Assembly: GCA_050230475.1 (NCBI GenBank)
Contig: JBFLGF010000022.1
Span: 1 to 64,000 of the forward strand
DNA from: Ancylonema sp.
Taxonomy: Eukaryota
Length of the DNA: 64,000 nt
Direction: 5' to 3'
The notes beneath the pieces are model-generated. The model made no database searches. It was given only the letters and a program-made list of their open reading frames with translations, and was not told the DNA's origin. Position 1 is the stretch's first letter; each line of letters starts with the position of its first letter. A program made the position numbers and the translations under genes. This document shows, piece after piece, positions 22,741 through 36,935 of this stretch.

Positions 22741-23564
22741 TCAGGTTGCCATTTGTTCTTTAGGTTTCAAAGACATGAGTCTCGATTTTGAATGACACAC
22801 ATTACCACATTACGATGCAAGAATACAGTTCACTTATCTTAGTCCTTTTAAATCAAGGAGATTGCGTCATTACAATCCTCGACTCAATGTAAGTGCTAGT
22901 TTGAAGTAACAAAACCCAGGTCTAGCTAAGTGCGTCATGTCACTAAGTACACTTTGATCGTCTATTTTTATTATTAGTCAGATAACAATGCTTTGACACT
23001 GTCACTTAGTGTGTTTTCCATCTCGTGTACTTCTCCAGTGAACACCGCAAGAAGTATGTGTGAAATCTATATTGTACCTACAATGCCAGCAATGAGTATG
23101 ACGGTGATCACCGCAAGTGAGGGACTATGTGTGGAAATTAAATGGTACACACAAAGCTAGCATTGAGGTCAACTCTACATCAACACCTGAATCACTCAAC
23201 CATTTTTATCATGATGTTCACGTGACACTTCAGATCCAGGCCGACCTGAAACTGTTGGTTGTTTGTGTAGTTGGTTTACAATAACGGTCCAGACTCTTGA
23301 CTATAATTCCCAACGGACAGACGGTCGAGATCATAGGTTCAGGGGACCTCTCGATATAGTCATGTTCTGGGAAGTGCAAATCTAATGCGCCTATACAGCG
23401 TTACAAGTCCACGTGGCCTCTCATTCATGGCACACCTGACGGGTTAGAGCTTTTTTGCGGACGCGTCAAGAACATCCGGGTTCCGCAAAGCGTCCGGTTC
23501 TTGGGCAACAAAAAGGTTGTCTGTTTTCCCGGGTCCCAGATCTTACGGCATAGAGGATACCAAA

Positions 23565-24196
23565 TAGCGATGTGAAATTACCGATTACACCTCACACTTA
23601 CAGTTGTACGTAAAGTGTAACGTAACGTAAAACGTCAAAATACATGTGATTTTTACGTTCTACACATAATTGGTAAAATACACATTACAGAGCCAAAATT
23701 CCCGGTAAACGTAGTAGCCGGTAAATTTCAGTCATATGAATTAATAAATATTAATTTATACAATAAATAATAAATATATAGATATATAAATATATATTTA
23801 TGTTTATAAAAAAAAAAAAAAAAAAACGGGGAGAAAAAAAACACTTGGGTTTTCTAAATCTTTGTCTTTGGTCAGTCACCATGAATACTAATGTACAGTA
23901 AATGGCTTCAATGGACTCGAACCAATGGACTCGAACCTCATAGAATGTGACGGCTGGCGAAACGTCATTTGTCAATTTGAGGTCGATTTTATCCGCACAA
24001 TCGTCATTTACGGTATATCTTACCCGTGATTACCATTTACCATAGAAAGTAACGACATTACCGGTAAGTGTAATTTACACATGTCTTACACTTCACGTTT
24101 CGCCTGTCCGTAATTTACCACACAAAAAAACGTCACTCATACGTCACGCGTAAAAAACGGTAATTACTACAGTCTAACCGTAATTTCACAACGCTA
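23565..24196. mobile_element. hAT-type MITE (632 bp)
   Basis: TIRs TAGCGATGTGAAATTAC / GTAATTTCACAACGCTA. Perfect 8-bp TSD ATACCAAA (23557-23564, 24197-24204). Confidence 0.9.
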
Positions 24197-24584
24197 ATAC
24201 CAAACGGCTTTACTTTCGCACGTGAAATGACCGTCCATAAATAACACGCATTTTAGCCAGAAATAAGGCGCGGGGTTTTGAAGTCTCTCAGTAACCGGAC
24301 GTTCATTGGGATTTTCTGGACGCGTCCAGAAGACGTCCGCTACAGGACGCGTCGTCCACGTGTCTGCAAATCACCCAACACGTGTCAGAACGACGTCGTT
24401 CGGCTGTGCTTCCACATCAGGACACTTTTTTTCGGCAGTGCTCTACTAGTGCTTTCTCCAAGTCAGGCAGCTATCAGATTGCTGCTTCTGTACCTCCGGT
24501 AACTGCATCGCAACCAGCAGTTGAATTTTCTGGATAAGACATATTTAGAGCGTAATAAAACCTCACTCCCGAAGACAGCAAGCC

Positions 24585-26185
24585 ATGGCCGACAGGAAAG
24601 CGGAAATCGTCGCTCAAGCTTTGGCCGCCAAAATTGCTACAGGAAAATCATTTGACGAAATTGCCGTTGAATGTGGGCTTACGAACGTTTATGCCGCAAA
24701 TCTTTTTTACCTGCAAGCGCAGTTGAAACCCGCTACAGTGGAAAAGTTGAAGAAGGCTGTCCCTGGATTGTCAGAAGAGATTTTGACGGAAATGAAAAAG
24801 TTTCCAGGCCGATCTTTCAATAAAGATCTCATTCAAGATCCACTGGTCTACAGGTACCTTGGAGTGGTTTATACGAATTGAGGAGGCGTCGGAGTTGGTC
24901 CTCCTGGGGTGTCGTCTTTTACGCAATGCTTCCTGTTGCTTTGCTGACTCGTGTATTTTCTAATTACAGAAAAAAATCCCAGTTCGACTAAGTGTTTCTG
25001 TTTTTTTTTCGACTTGCAGATTGTACGAGGCATGCATGCACAATGGGGTAGGTTTCCACACCTTACTTCGATGACTGATTCACTGGCTTGAGGAAGTGAT
25101 GAGTATAATACTACAGGAGAAGTTAGTCTACAATGCTGACGACTCACAACATTCAGAATCTCATAACCTCAATTCCAATTGTTCTCAGCTCTGATTTTCA
25201 GAGGTGCAGATCAGAGCTCTGCTCAACATCAAAAGAATTTTAGAAGATTGATTCTCCCCCTATTTTAAAATCTTGCGTTTTACAGGAAGCTCTGCGGTGC
25301 ATCATCAACGAGAAGTTTGGAGATGGCATGTAAGCGTCATTGCCCCACAAAATCTTCACTCTACAATCTCTTTGTCACTTCAATGCAGAAATTCAGCAAG
25401 GCGTGGTTGGCGTGGCTAATTCCTTCTGAATTGGTACATGTATATATTCAGTATATCAGAAATTTCAACAAACTCGTACTTCTTCAAAATAATGCTCCGA
25501 AATTATAACCAATGTGTCAAATGTCATTGTTGGTGCAGCATGTCCGCCATCGATTTCTTTTGCACGGTGGATAAGATCAAGGGCAAGAAGGACGAGGAGA
25601 GAGTGGTCCTCACATTCAATGGTAAGTAATTGGCTGCGCGCATATATGTGAAGTTGCAATGCATTCACACTTAGATGCACTAGACTTGTTTTGTAGTAGG
25701 CATTGCGGTACACACTTCAATGCTTATGGGTTGTTGAAAGTTGATTCGATTGGGAAATGTGGCGAACAGTAGAGGTGTGTACTTGTGGAGATCAATTAGT
25801 CGCTTCAGAGTGATGAGGTAGCCAACGAATCCTGCACTTCATGACTATGACTATGATTGTAAATCGTTTCTGATCGGCGCATCAAGTGGGGCCTTCTCAC
25901 GATTGTTAAGTTTTTCATCATTTGTATCCGGTTTTCGTGTTGCAGGAAAGTTCCTTCCTCACGTGGAACAAGTGAGTAAAAGGTGTTGGTTTATTTTCGC
26001 ACATTGTTAGAAGCATTTGGTCCAACGCTACCTCTCCTCCCCCGCCTTGCTCTCTCTTCCCCCACCTTGCTATGCTCATCCTAAGCCAATTCTGCTTGAC
26101 AATTTCTCGTTTTGACATCGTCGTTTGTCGAGGTTTGCAGTTGGTGGAGCACAACACAGCCAAGCTTGCCACTCCAACTCTGTAG
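24585..26185 (+). CDS. CYN: Cyanate hydratase (cyanase), six exons
   Basis: The spliced protein has GLTNVYAANLF..QAQLKP, DPLVYR|LYEA, IINEKFGDG|MSAIDF and RVVLTFNG|KFLPHVEQ, ending LVEHNTAKLATPTL*. All introns are GT-AG. Confidence 0.96.
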
Positions 26186-26722
26186 CGTAGCTTTCAGAAT
26201 GTAGTATACCACATTCACACAACTCTCCGTTCGTTGTCTATGATGGAGGTGCAATGCTTCGTGTTGAGGACAATTTGCAAGTTCTTGCGACCTACCGCAA
26301 CAAGATGTGGCTTAATACACGCGTGGTACCCAAGACGAATAACGCAACAAAAATCAAGAGAGAGGACGCTTTGTTTTATAGGCCTTGTTCTAGAGGCTTT
26401 GGTTTGAAAATGTCATAATTCAAAAATTCTTTTGTCAAGGTGCAGGGAGAAATAATGCACATTTAGTTGAACCTCGACACAATATCAGTTTTGCAACGAG
26501 AATTCGGGCTACTCTATCGAATAGTTACAACAAAGCAAATATACTATACAAAACTATTCTTTATGCATACCGTACCAGTAAATGTAGCTGTGACGAGAGA
26601 TGTTAGTTCACCAGTGTGGAAACTGACATGTATGTAAAAATGAATATCTCCAAGTGTTAAATTAGTTTCGCACGAGACTAGGCGAGTGTAAACGTGCACA
26701 TGCTTGCGTAAATGTCATAATA

Positions 26723-27726
26723 CCGTACTCGCCATATTTCATATCCCAGCAATACCCAACTGGAAATAATACATCGATGCCTCAGCAATCCGCCCACCCC
26801 CCTGGGAATTAATTTTCGCGCCCCAGCATTCCGCCCACCCCTTTCCCGTCGATTGATTATCTACAATTGCCCCACTCTGTACATTGAAACGTCTCCTTAA
26901 TAATACTCTGCTAATTACTTACCTTTCTAATATGATATGTTACTTCCCCTCTAAATTTGACGTGTTAATTGTTTTTTTTGTTTTTTGTTTTCTCCCCCCC
27001 GGGGCCTTGTATCAATTTAGACACTTTCACCGTAAAATGTATGTTGCAATCAAACTAGCCCCTAAAGTCCTTCAAACTCGAATTTAGGCCTCGTATAACA
27101 TTCATTTTCCCCTCCATATCCTTAGTATCCCCCAACCTAAAAACCCATGCATGGTTTTCGGATTTCCAGGCTCCCACCAGTAGGGCACCATACTCGTTTT
27201 ACCACCCGTAATCCGGCTCAAAACAGCGAGCCCTCCTTGGGTTTGGGGATGTTGTGCATGCGCTGCATCACGTTCGTTTACTTTCGTGGATTTTCTTACT
27301 AAAACACCGGAACTTGAACCTTTTGTCCATTTCACATATAACAACATTTGCAGACGCTCTTTGGTTACCATCATTTTAACCATGATTAAAAAAATCGATC
27401 CAATGACAATGACAATTCATCGTTACTATCAACCTACCACCTTCTGTGAGAATTCCGTTATCGATTCTTCCCGTTAATTAAGTTCATATGTCTCATATTT
27501 CACCGATCTCTACCAAAACTCTTGGTGTTGGATAAAGCCCCATGTACAAAAAATAACGCATTGAAGCCTCTCTAAAAGAGCAGGCCCCAGTCAAAATTAA
27601 GAACCGAGAATTTAAGTGACTTAAGGCCCCAAGAGCCGACTTGGGAATTAATATTTATCACCCGGATTTTCGCCCCACTCGAAACTAAATAATTAATTAG
27701 CGGGACATTGAATATGGCGGGTACGG
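26723..27726. mobile_element. Tc1/mariner (pogo-like) non-autonomous element, ~1 kb
   Basis: TIRs CCGTACTCGCCATATTTCA / TGAATATGGCGGGTACGG, extending imperfectly to ~28 bp, with TA on both flanks. Confidence 0.8.
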
Positions 27727-28476
27727 TACGCTCAATCGAACGGGAAATTTTGGAGCCGGCGGCAATCCGGATCGGCAAGACGGGATCGGGGGAGATTGGC
27801 CCCAACTACGGTAGTACGTAGAAAAAGAAATACGGTCGAATACACCAAGGTTATTGCTAGGAGCATACTCGACATACCAAAAAAAAACCATCTTACATAA
27901 ATAATACCTGTATGGTCATTTAGACAATACGATAAAAAAAAAGTAGTAATTGATCTTGAAGTATCAATTGTAGCCAAGTCCCTAGGTTTTCTTTCTCCCC
28001 TCCTTGGTTGGACCCGATCCGATCGGGGTACCGGAACTATGCTCCGAAATACACGCTTTTATCAAAACACACTATTCTACCAATGATTCGTAAAAAATTG
28101 TTTCCGGGATCCCAATCCGTATCGACAATACGGCAATTCCATTTCTGGATCTCCATGATTCAATAAATGATTCATTGTTGGGCCCGAGCCATCCCGAATC
28201 CCGATCCGGATCGTTGCCGGATCGAAAATATTCCGATCGTATTTGGTTGAACCAGAGATACAAAAAAAAAAAAAAAAAAAACGTTTATGAAAATTTCACG
28301 CCAAAATGAGTGATTTTTTTCTTTCTTTCTTGTCACAACTTTTTTTTTTTTCCCTCTTCGCCGCCTCCTCTCCAGATTAGAGCTCATTCGGCGCTAGGAT
28401 TGGCGCCGAACCGGAGATACCGAGAAACAACGCTTAATCTTTACGGCACCAGTTCCGTATTAATTATGGTACTAAA

Positions 28477-29309
28477 CATAGTAGCACTCATACGGCTAGG
28501 TACCCCCCGATACGCCGTCGGATACGCCGATACGGATGCGGGTACGCCGATAAGGATTTTTTTCCCGCGATACGGCAAAATAGGGTTCCGATACGGCAAA
28601 AAAATTACGCGTGGGAAAAATATCCATATTTTCTAGGTTCCATATTCACCTATATCCGTACATGTAGGCCTTAGACCGGGCCGTCCGGTAACGGTAGTGA
28701 CGTGGACATCCATATAGTAGCTAGTAGGGTAGTAGGTAAGTCGCAATTTAGGTAGTTGAAGTGAATGGAAGGTGGTCGATTTCCAGCGACGACACGCCCG
28801 AATATCACTTTGTCACATCAAGCCAGCAATCTAACGGTTGAAGACAAGTTGATGGCGTCGAATCAACATGTTCATTCAACATGATTATTGAACTTTCCAC
28901 TCATTTTGTCAATGTAAATGGATTGGCGCATGTACATGGATTGGCGTATGTGCTTGGAGAGAGAATGAATCATATGTTGGCAAAGAAGAAATACTTTGAA
29001 CACTTGAAAGTGTTACTTTGAAATACTTCGGATATTTGAAATACTTAAAATACTTGGAAGTGGAGAATAAATATGATAATGATTTTGTTATGTTAAAAAA
29101 ATCAAGAAATGACTGAAATATTTTCATGTTGAGAGGGTGAAACTTGAAATCTAATCTGAAAAATCGGTATTAACGAAGGGTGGGGGGGGGGGGGGGGGGG
29201 GGGACAAAAAAAAAATCCGTATCGAAAACCCGATACGGGAGACATGGCCGTATCCCCGTCCGTATCCGTATCCGATACCGATCCGCGTATCTGTATCAAT
29301 GCGACTACG
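28477..29309. mobile_element. hAT-type MITE (833 bp)
   Basis: Imperfect TIRs CATAGTAGCACTCATAC / GTATCAATGCGACTACG. Subterminal GATACG/CGTATC arrays. TSD GTACTAAA vs ATACTAAA (7/8). Confidence 0.8.
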
Positions 29310-29399
29310 ATACTAAAAACCAAAAGAGGGGACATTTCGGCCGACAACATTTTTTTGTTTTTTTTTCCCCCACTACACCGTTAACTTTACACTCGAAAT

Positions 29400-29580
29400 C
29401 CGTTCACTTTCCTTTATCTCAAATTTATTCGTCGTTCATCCGTTCACTTTGTACCAATCATTACGTTCACTTTCCTTTATTTCACACTTATTCGCCGTTC
29501 ATCTATTCACTTCACACTAATAATCTAGTTCACTTTCCTTTATATAAAATTTATTCACCGTTCGTGCGTTCACGAAAGTG
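29400..29580 (+). repeat. ~63-bp tandem repeat, 3 copies
   Basis: The unit GTTCACTTTCCTTTAT...TTATTC.CCGTTC...TTCAC recurs three times. Confidence 0.7.
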
Positions 29581-31127
29581 AACGCACAAAAGCCTTATCT
29601 CGCTACCGTGCATTGTACATCCGTGCGATTGCGGCCATGTAAACTACAACAGCCTGTGAGACCTGAACACATATCCATAGCTATACTCTCAAACCAGAAC
29701 TATATTGTTGGACTTTGTTGCTAATGGTCATGAAAAAATGTCCGTTATACAAGATACGTTAAGGTCCATTATCTCTTCGAGGTCTCGAAGAGATTAAGGA
29801 GCATACTTTGTAAGTAGTAAGTAAGTGTGTGGAGACGTCCGCATGCTTTCGGCTTTTCGACTCTTCCACACTTTTCGGAATTTTGAAAGGTGTACTGCGG
29901 TTAAAAAATACGGAAACTCTATGTTGATTATCATGTTGGCTTGCGCATGGTGCAAAATTGTAAGAAAAATATACACCTCAATTATTCCACGACATGTCCT
30001 TCCACCCCCCTAAATTTTCGAAAAGGAAATCAATGACGACCAAATTGGCCGCTACCCTACCACGATTGAATCTTGGGCGACCGGGATCCAACCACATGTA
30101 TTTCGAGCTAAAAAACCGATTTTATGATGTTGACCCACTATGCCGGATTCCGGAATTCATGGCTTGACCCAACCCCAAAAAATGAATTATTTGATTCGAC
30201 CCAACCCACCATTTCCAAAATTATTTGCGGGTCAGTATGTATGGCCAATAAGGTAATTCTTAGGAAACTAAGGTCCCCCAACTATGAAACTCGTCATTCT
30301 AATGCATGCTTTTCCCATGATGTGGATAAGCATGTACAACTGATGCAAGAGGCAAAATGTGTTGCTTTGTGTTGAGAGCTCCAAATGTTACAACTCCCAC
30401 ACCCACTATCCCTCCTTCCATGAACGTTCACAATTGATTTGTCCATATTTTATTTCCATAATTGGTTGAATCTATTAGTACCACAGCATTTACTCACCTC
30501 CATATGTCCATACCACTAAAAACTAGAAGGTCGACAAAATAGCATACCTACCTCAAAAACGTATCCATACAAATGCTCTGCACAGCGTATATGCGCCCCA
30601 GTCCAGTTCCCACAGTAGATGAGGGATGAAACAAAGTACACATAATGACTATGGTAGCTCAAAAATATCATTGATAAGCTCTATGCTCCTCGATTGGAAG
30701 TGTTTGTTATGTTAACGTCCTTTCATCATTGGTAATATTTATATTCCTTGGGACGGGAGTGGTCGCTTAGAATTGTGCACTTTCACTTTCTCTTTTTTTT
30801 TTTTTTTTTTTTTTTGATAATCACCGAGTGCAGTTCTGCACTGAAGAATTGCTGACTGACCGGGAGCCCTCCCGCACAATCGAACAAAATAGAAGGCGGC
30901 GACCTGCCACAGAGTAACAATCAGCACAGAAGGCCACAGGAGCACTGTCAAGCTCAGTTGGAGATGCTGACATACTGAATTGACATCACAATTTGAAGTT
31001 TCGAACGACGTGATCTTCCATACGGCAGCATTCTAAACCTGGTTTTCCTATGAGGACTCCCAAAAAAAGCATAAAGTGCACGTCCCCCAAGTGCTTACCG
31101 ACTGCAAAGCATTAAATATCAGGAGCA

Positions 31128-31624
31128 CTAGGGCTTCTTCAGGCTTCCCCGTATTCCGGGCTTGGGTTTTTCATCCGGAGCGGCAACAGTGGCATGCTGG
31201 TTGATGAGAGCGTTCTCGTCCCAGGGAAGCTTTGGATGTTTTGCCTCGTGATGAATTTGAAGTGTTTTCACATCAGGACCCGCGGTTTTACACACTGGAC
31301 AGGCAAGTTTCGCGTGGCCTGTGGACATAAAAGACATCACCGTTCGTGTATCAAGTCAAGTGAAACATAGCCGCGAAATCTGACAAACGGCAGCGGGCGC
31401 GATCATGTCATCATGTCAACAATCATGTCCTCGATCGTTAGCGGAGGACAGGAGCGACGAATTGAATGCAAATCGAAAACCAGGCAGCTAGACTCACCTC
31501 CCTTGTCAAGTCCAAGACGATCAGCGACCCCGGCCTTTCCTCCTCCCCTGTTGGTAGTCGCGGCGTCAATTTTCGCGGCAATTTCCTTCGCTGTGTGCTT
31601 CTTCGGTTTGGCTTTACCAGTCAT
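31128..31624 (-). CDS. MBS1: METHYLENE BLUE SENSITIVITY small C2H2 zinc-finger protein
   Basis: Exons 31624-31498 and 31318-31128 give MTGKAKPKKHTAKEIAAKIDAATTNRGGGKAG...GGHAKLACPVCKTAGPDVKTLQIHHEAKHP...KPGIRGSLKKP, the recognisable MBS family sequence. Confidence 0.93.
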
Positions 31625-32395
31625 CCTCGATTACCCTTCACCTTAAAAAATAGCGTGGGGTCAGCACGCAACCCTTTTTAATGCAATTTCGGCCCTCGTC
31701 GGAAACGCAGTAAGTCCCAACAGGATCCTTGCACCAGTCTCAAAAGGCACCGCAACAGCCTAACGACCGAACCATGAACACAAACACCGATTACGCCTAA
31801 GACAATTTACCGGCCAAGTGGCGCACATCTGCCTCACAAAACGCAGCACGCACTCGACACGCTTATCGAAACCCGCAGACAGAGGCCTCCGTAAATTCAC
31901 TTCAGCTCCTGGTCTGTGTGACGGAATATGTGGTCAAACACGAAGCAGGCAATCTGAACCCCTGCTAGACCGGAATTTTCTGCGAGGCGCGCGAATATGG
32001 CGTTCCGCTGTATGTATCCAGTGAAAACGCTATATTTGCGATGGTTACGGTTCACGGACCCGGTTGACGGTGCATTATGAAACTGGATCGGAAACCGCCA
32101 TCAGGGTGTTTCGATACCGTTACCGTTACCACCAAACTCTTTTTAACGATACTGATTCTGCCTCTGCATGCACACTTGCTTGATTCTGCCTGCACGAGGT
32201 GCTCTTCGATCACTGGTTTCTGCTCTGACAAGAACTTCGAACGCTCCACACGCTTTCGGGGATTTCAACACAGAACGCCTCATCTGGCATTTTCCACTCA
32301 GTCAGGAGATATATATAATTAGTGCTATTTCTGTAATTTGAAGATCCTAAGTGCGAAGGAATAAGGATCCTGTAAGCGCCCCAGGCCCTGCAGGG

Positions 32396-34828
32396 ATGCG
32401 TGCAGCACGGTCCGCCTGCAAGGCGGCAAAACACGCTTCTAGAGTGTTTAGCAAGCCACCTGTGCAGCCATGTGTCTCCGGGATGAAGGGCCCTGTTCAC
32501 CAACAAACAAGATCTCTCAATGTTCACGAGTATCAGGTAACAGAGTGCGGAGACGATCCTTTCGACGTGTCCTTCCGGTAGTCCCGCAAACTCGTGTTTG
32601 TTCTTCTGTTTGAGTAATAAATTAAAAAGGGTGTTATAATTCACAAGTTCTGTCTGCCGTGAGGGCGCAGGGTGCTGCATTGATGAGCAAATTTGGCGTG
32701 AACGTCCCCAGGGGCATCGTAGTCTCAACGCCCACTGAAGCAGCTGAAGCCGCAAAAGATTTGGCCCCCGACGGTGGAGAGGTAAGCGAAACGTCCCGCC
32801 TCGCCCATGTTGGGCTGTCCGGGTATGTGCAATGCTGCAAGGAATGGTAGCGTTTGCGATGGCGTTCAGGTAGTAGTGAAGAGCCAGGTGCTGGCAGGAG
32901 GGCGAGGACTTGGCGTTTTCAAGAACGGATTCAAGGGTGGAGTGCATATTGTGAAAGCGGCTGAGGTCGAATCCATCGCCAGTAAGCTCCTTCCCGCCTT
33001 CGGCAATATTTACTTGCCGCTGGTCCAAAGAAGGTGATGGTATGGCACATCCCAGGTCGTGCATTTTATCACTTGCAACCAACCTGTGTCTCTGCAACTC
33101 TGCCTCAAGTCTTTGGACTCCACCAACACTCAGCCCCATGTGTTGTATGGTGTCCAGGCAAGATGCTGGGCCAGATTCTGGTGACAAAGCAGACCGGAGA
33201 GGACGGGAAGCCTGTGAACCAGGTACCCGGATTGCTTTACCCGGATTCCTTGTTTATGCCCTCTACCTTTGTGTCTCACTCCACTCTGTACTTGTGGTCG
33301 ACTGCAGCTTTTGTTGGCACAAAAGCTGGACCTCGTCAACGAAATGTATTTCGCCATTGCCCTTGATCGCGCCTCTGCTGGACCCGTAGGTCCTCTGCAA
33401 CCCTCACCTCACAAAGCTGCCATGCCACCCTCTGCCATCTGACTCACCCAACCTCCTCTGCCTGCTTCTGTCTCTGTTTCCAGGTCATCATTGCTTGCCG
33501 GAAAGGAGGGACCAGCATCGAGGATCTGGCCGAGCACCATCCAGACCTCATTGTGAAGGTAGACACAATGCAATTCACTCCTGCAGAAACATCATCTCTT
33601 CCTCTTCTTTTCACCACCTGTTCCGTTGTGTTGCAGGTCCCCGTGGACATCTTTGGCGGCATCACAGACGAGCAGGCCATGGCTGTGACAGAGGGGCTGG
33701 CACCCCAGAAAGCCGAGAAGCAGGCGGTGGCAGAGCAAGTGAAGAAGCTCTACAAACTGTTTGCGGAGTCAGACTGCACGCTGGTGGAGGTATGGACCCA
33801 CCCTCCTTGCCCACCCTACTCAGGGCGGGCTTGGTCTGAAGGGAGGGGATTGATGGATGCGGGTGGGGGTTGGGATTGTCAGATCAACCCTCTGGCAGAG
33901 ACCGCAGATGGTGTGCTCGTGGCGGCAGACGCGAAACTGAACTTTGATGACAACGCTGCGTTTCGACAAAAAGAAATTTTTGTCCAGAGGGACATGACGC
34001 AGGAAGACCCCAGAGAGGTCTGCTCCCTCTCTTTCTCTTTTTGTCTCCCCCCCCGCCAGGCAGCAGGCAGAAGACAGCAGAGTGTGTCCTTTCCTTACAT
34101 GGCCTTGTGAGGGGAGGTGCAGGTGGCTGCAGCAGCTGCAGACCTGAACTACATTGGTCTGTTTGGCGAGATTGGTTGCATGGTGAACGGCGCTGGCCTG
34201 GCCATGGCCACCATGGACATCATCCAGCTCCACGGGGGAACCCCAGCCAACTTTCTGGATGTTGGGGGAAACGCGTCAGAGGGGCAGGTGAGAGGATGCG
34301 TGTGGTGAGGGGAGATGGGAGGTGGGTGTGCTACGATGGAGGTGGGCTATGTTTGGGGGTTGGGGGGGGGCAGGTGGTTGAGGCGTTTAAGATTCTGACT
34401 GCGGATCCGAAAGTGAAGGCCATTCTGGTGAATATTTTTGGGGGGATCATGAAGTGCGACGTCATCGCAGCCGGCATCGTAAATGCGGCAAAAAACGTAA
34501 GGAACATTTTACACCTTTCTGCCTGCCGTATGTTTGGACGGACTTTGGAATTGGTTTTTTGTTTTTTTTTTTTTTTTGTTTTTGTTTTCAGGTTTCTCTC
34601 ACCGTGCCTCTGGTGGTGCGTTTAGAGGGGACCAATGTGGACATGGGGAAGCAAATCCTCAAGGTATGGTTGGGACCACCTCAAAACGCAAACCCTGCTG
34701 TTCTTCTCTCCCGCTGTATTCACTTTGTTATTTGTGTGCAGGAGAGTGGCATGACTATCATCACCGCAGATGATCTGGACGACGCTGCTGTCAAGGCAGT
34801 GAAGGCGGTAGAAGAAGCAAGGAAATGA
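32396..34828 (+). CDS. Succinyl-CoA ligase beta subunit, mitochondrial, multi-exon
   Basis: [103 protein letters not shown]. Confidence 0.97.
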
Positions 34829-35342
34829 GGGGGATGGATAGGGATAGGGTATTTGAGGAAGTGTGTAGCACGTAGGAAAATAACGATTCTGTCTGCTGGT
34901 GTGGTTCGGAAAGCTTGCATCTGCATCAGCCTAGGGCCAGAGAACAAAAGATTAGGCACTACATCAGTAACATATGTATGAACGGAAAATATCCCTTGCC
35001 CCTCCGTAACAAATTGGTGAGGTGAAGTCCTCTTATTGTATGTATAACCAACCGTTTGTTTGGGCATCGCAAATAATGAGTTGTGTTGATGCCCTCAAGA
35101 GCTCCGGGTGGGCTGTTTTCACGCAATGTTTCCCATCGATCACCTTGTGATTCCTATTATTGCTAAAAACTGTACAGCTAGGCTGTTGGGGGAATCAGCA
35201 GACCAGTTCAGGACCGCCCCATACCCAGTGAGCTGGCTAGAAAAAAGAGCACTCAGTCGGTAAAGTATTATCGTCAAGTGCGAGGTATTCATGAATGCTT
35301 ACGGTGCAAGAACATACTACGGGTGTACCATTTGACAAATTC

Positions 35343-36935
35343 CTAATAGCGCTGGGGTTTTAGGTTTACATAATAGAGTTTCTGGTCCCTCACTGAAAAC
35401 TCAAGCCATCTTAGAAGCTCTGGTTTCATCAGAAATTTCCGAGCCCGGTTTCTGCTTCTCCTTCCATTTTTCACAAGGCCATCGGGGATTAGGGCACAGA
35501 TGTGGGAGTCACGGTGCACTACTATGTTCATTGTCATGGCCTTAGATGCCCCGCCCGGACGCAGACAGGTACAGACCCGCCTTGATGGGGCGGAAAGGAC
35601 CCTTCCAGGACCAAGTGTTCCCAAGAGTCCCAACCACGGTTTCTATGTATGTGGGAAGACTGAGGCATTCATTCTTCTTAGGTGTAGCGTAGCGAGACCA
35701 AGACCCGTTAGTGACTGCACTTTCATACAGAAGTTGAGTCAAAATTGTTGACCACCAGTACCCAGGCCAATTTCTGAAACCATGTAAAGACATATCATAA
35801 TTGCCACTTTGCTGCCGTTGCCACGCGTAGACTCATCATACATCACCTCAAAAGAGAGGAAGTGGTGGAAAGAAACCTACAATGTCAATAAACCTTCATG
35901 TAACCCTGCCACTAAAACCTCCATTCTTGTAGGTGGATAAAATTGTTGGTTGCAAACGAGTCTTCCAAGTATCTCCAGTAGGCAAACGTGACACGTCCCC
36001 GCTCGGTTCACCAGCAGTGGACAATGGATACATACAATGGGATACAAAACACCTTCAACCTTTCCTGATAATAATGGGGAAAGCTGAATGGTGGGAGATG
36101 ATAGCCCCATGCCCCCCTTTCCCTTATTCTGTCGTTGTGCTCCTCCCCCCCTCGCGCACATGCGCACGCTCCTTGGAACGACGTTGACGCCGACGTTCCG
36201 CCTGCCACCCACCCACAGACTACACCCATGAGCTCTGGGCTCACACCTCATGGGCTCCCTTGGGATGCAAATGATAGTGAGTGGTGGGGGGTGTTTACCT
36301 GTGTCCCTGTACCCTCCACCCATTGGTGCACACTCGACTCCTCCACAGATCTTGGGTCCACGACCTCCCCCTCCCCAGGAACCAAACCAGACAACAAATT
36401 TCTTCCCTCCTCGACCCCCCTTCCTATTTCTTCCTCCTCCATTTCCTGTCTCCCACTGCCACCTGGCACGTCCTCCTGCTCCCCTGCCCCCCCACCCCCC
36501 ACCCCCCTTGGCGCGAAATGTCCCACCAGGTCCTCGTCCTCGGATTCGTTCCCAAAAGCCCCCTCCCCCTCGGACTCCAATTCCCAGATAAGGCCCAGAG
36601 ACTCCTCCTCCCCCCCCTCCTCCCCCCCCCTCTCACTGCTGCTTACTGCCTCTGCCTCTGCCTCCCTCTTCCTCCTCCCCCTCGCCCGAAAGCTCTCCCT
36701 CCGTTTCTTGTCCTCNATGGTGTGTCTATTTTTTGTCTTCTTGCTGCGCAGGCTCCTACGTCCTTGTCATTGGCAATCTGATGCTTTCAAAGGAAGTAAA
36801 GGTGAGGCAGTAAGGAAGCTTGGTCCTGAACAATATAAATAAGCATATCATATTTGACTCAAGCGGACTCACTTGCACGTCTTCATTTCGTCCGAACATC
36901 ATTTGTGTAAGTTCAGTGTCTTCTTGTTGTGACAT
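35343..36935 (-). other. Possible decayed gene or transposon ORF of unknown identity
   Basis: An ATG at 36935 opens a short exon ending in a GTGAGT donor, followed by an acidic/Gly-rich frame (36.25-36.7 kb) and broken frames downstream. An N at 36716 obscures the frame. No domain recognised. Confidence 0.25.

Noticed and set aside
24585..26185. Cyanase as a horizontally acquired bacterial cynS
   Set aside because: It is a plant-type sequence with five spliceosomal introns, and cyanase is a normal plant gene.
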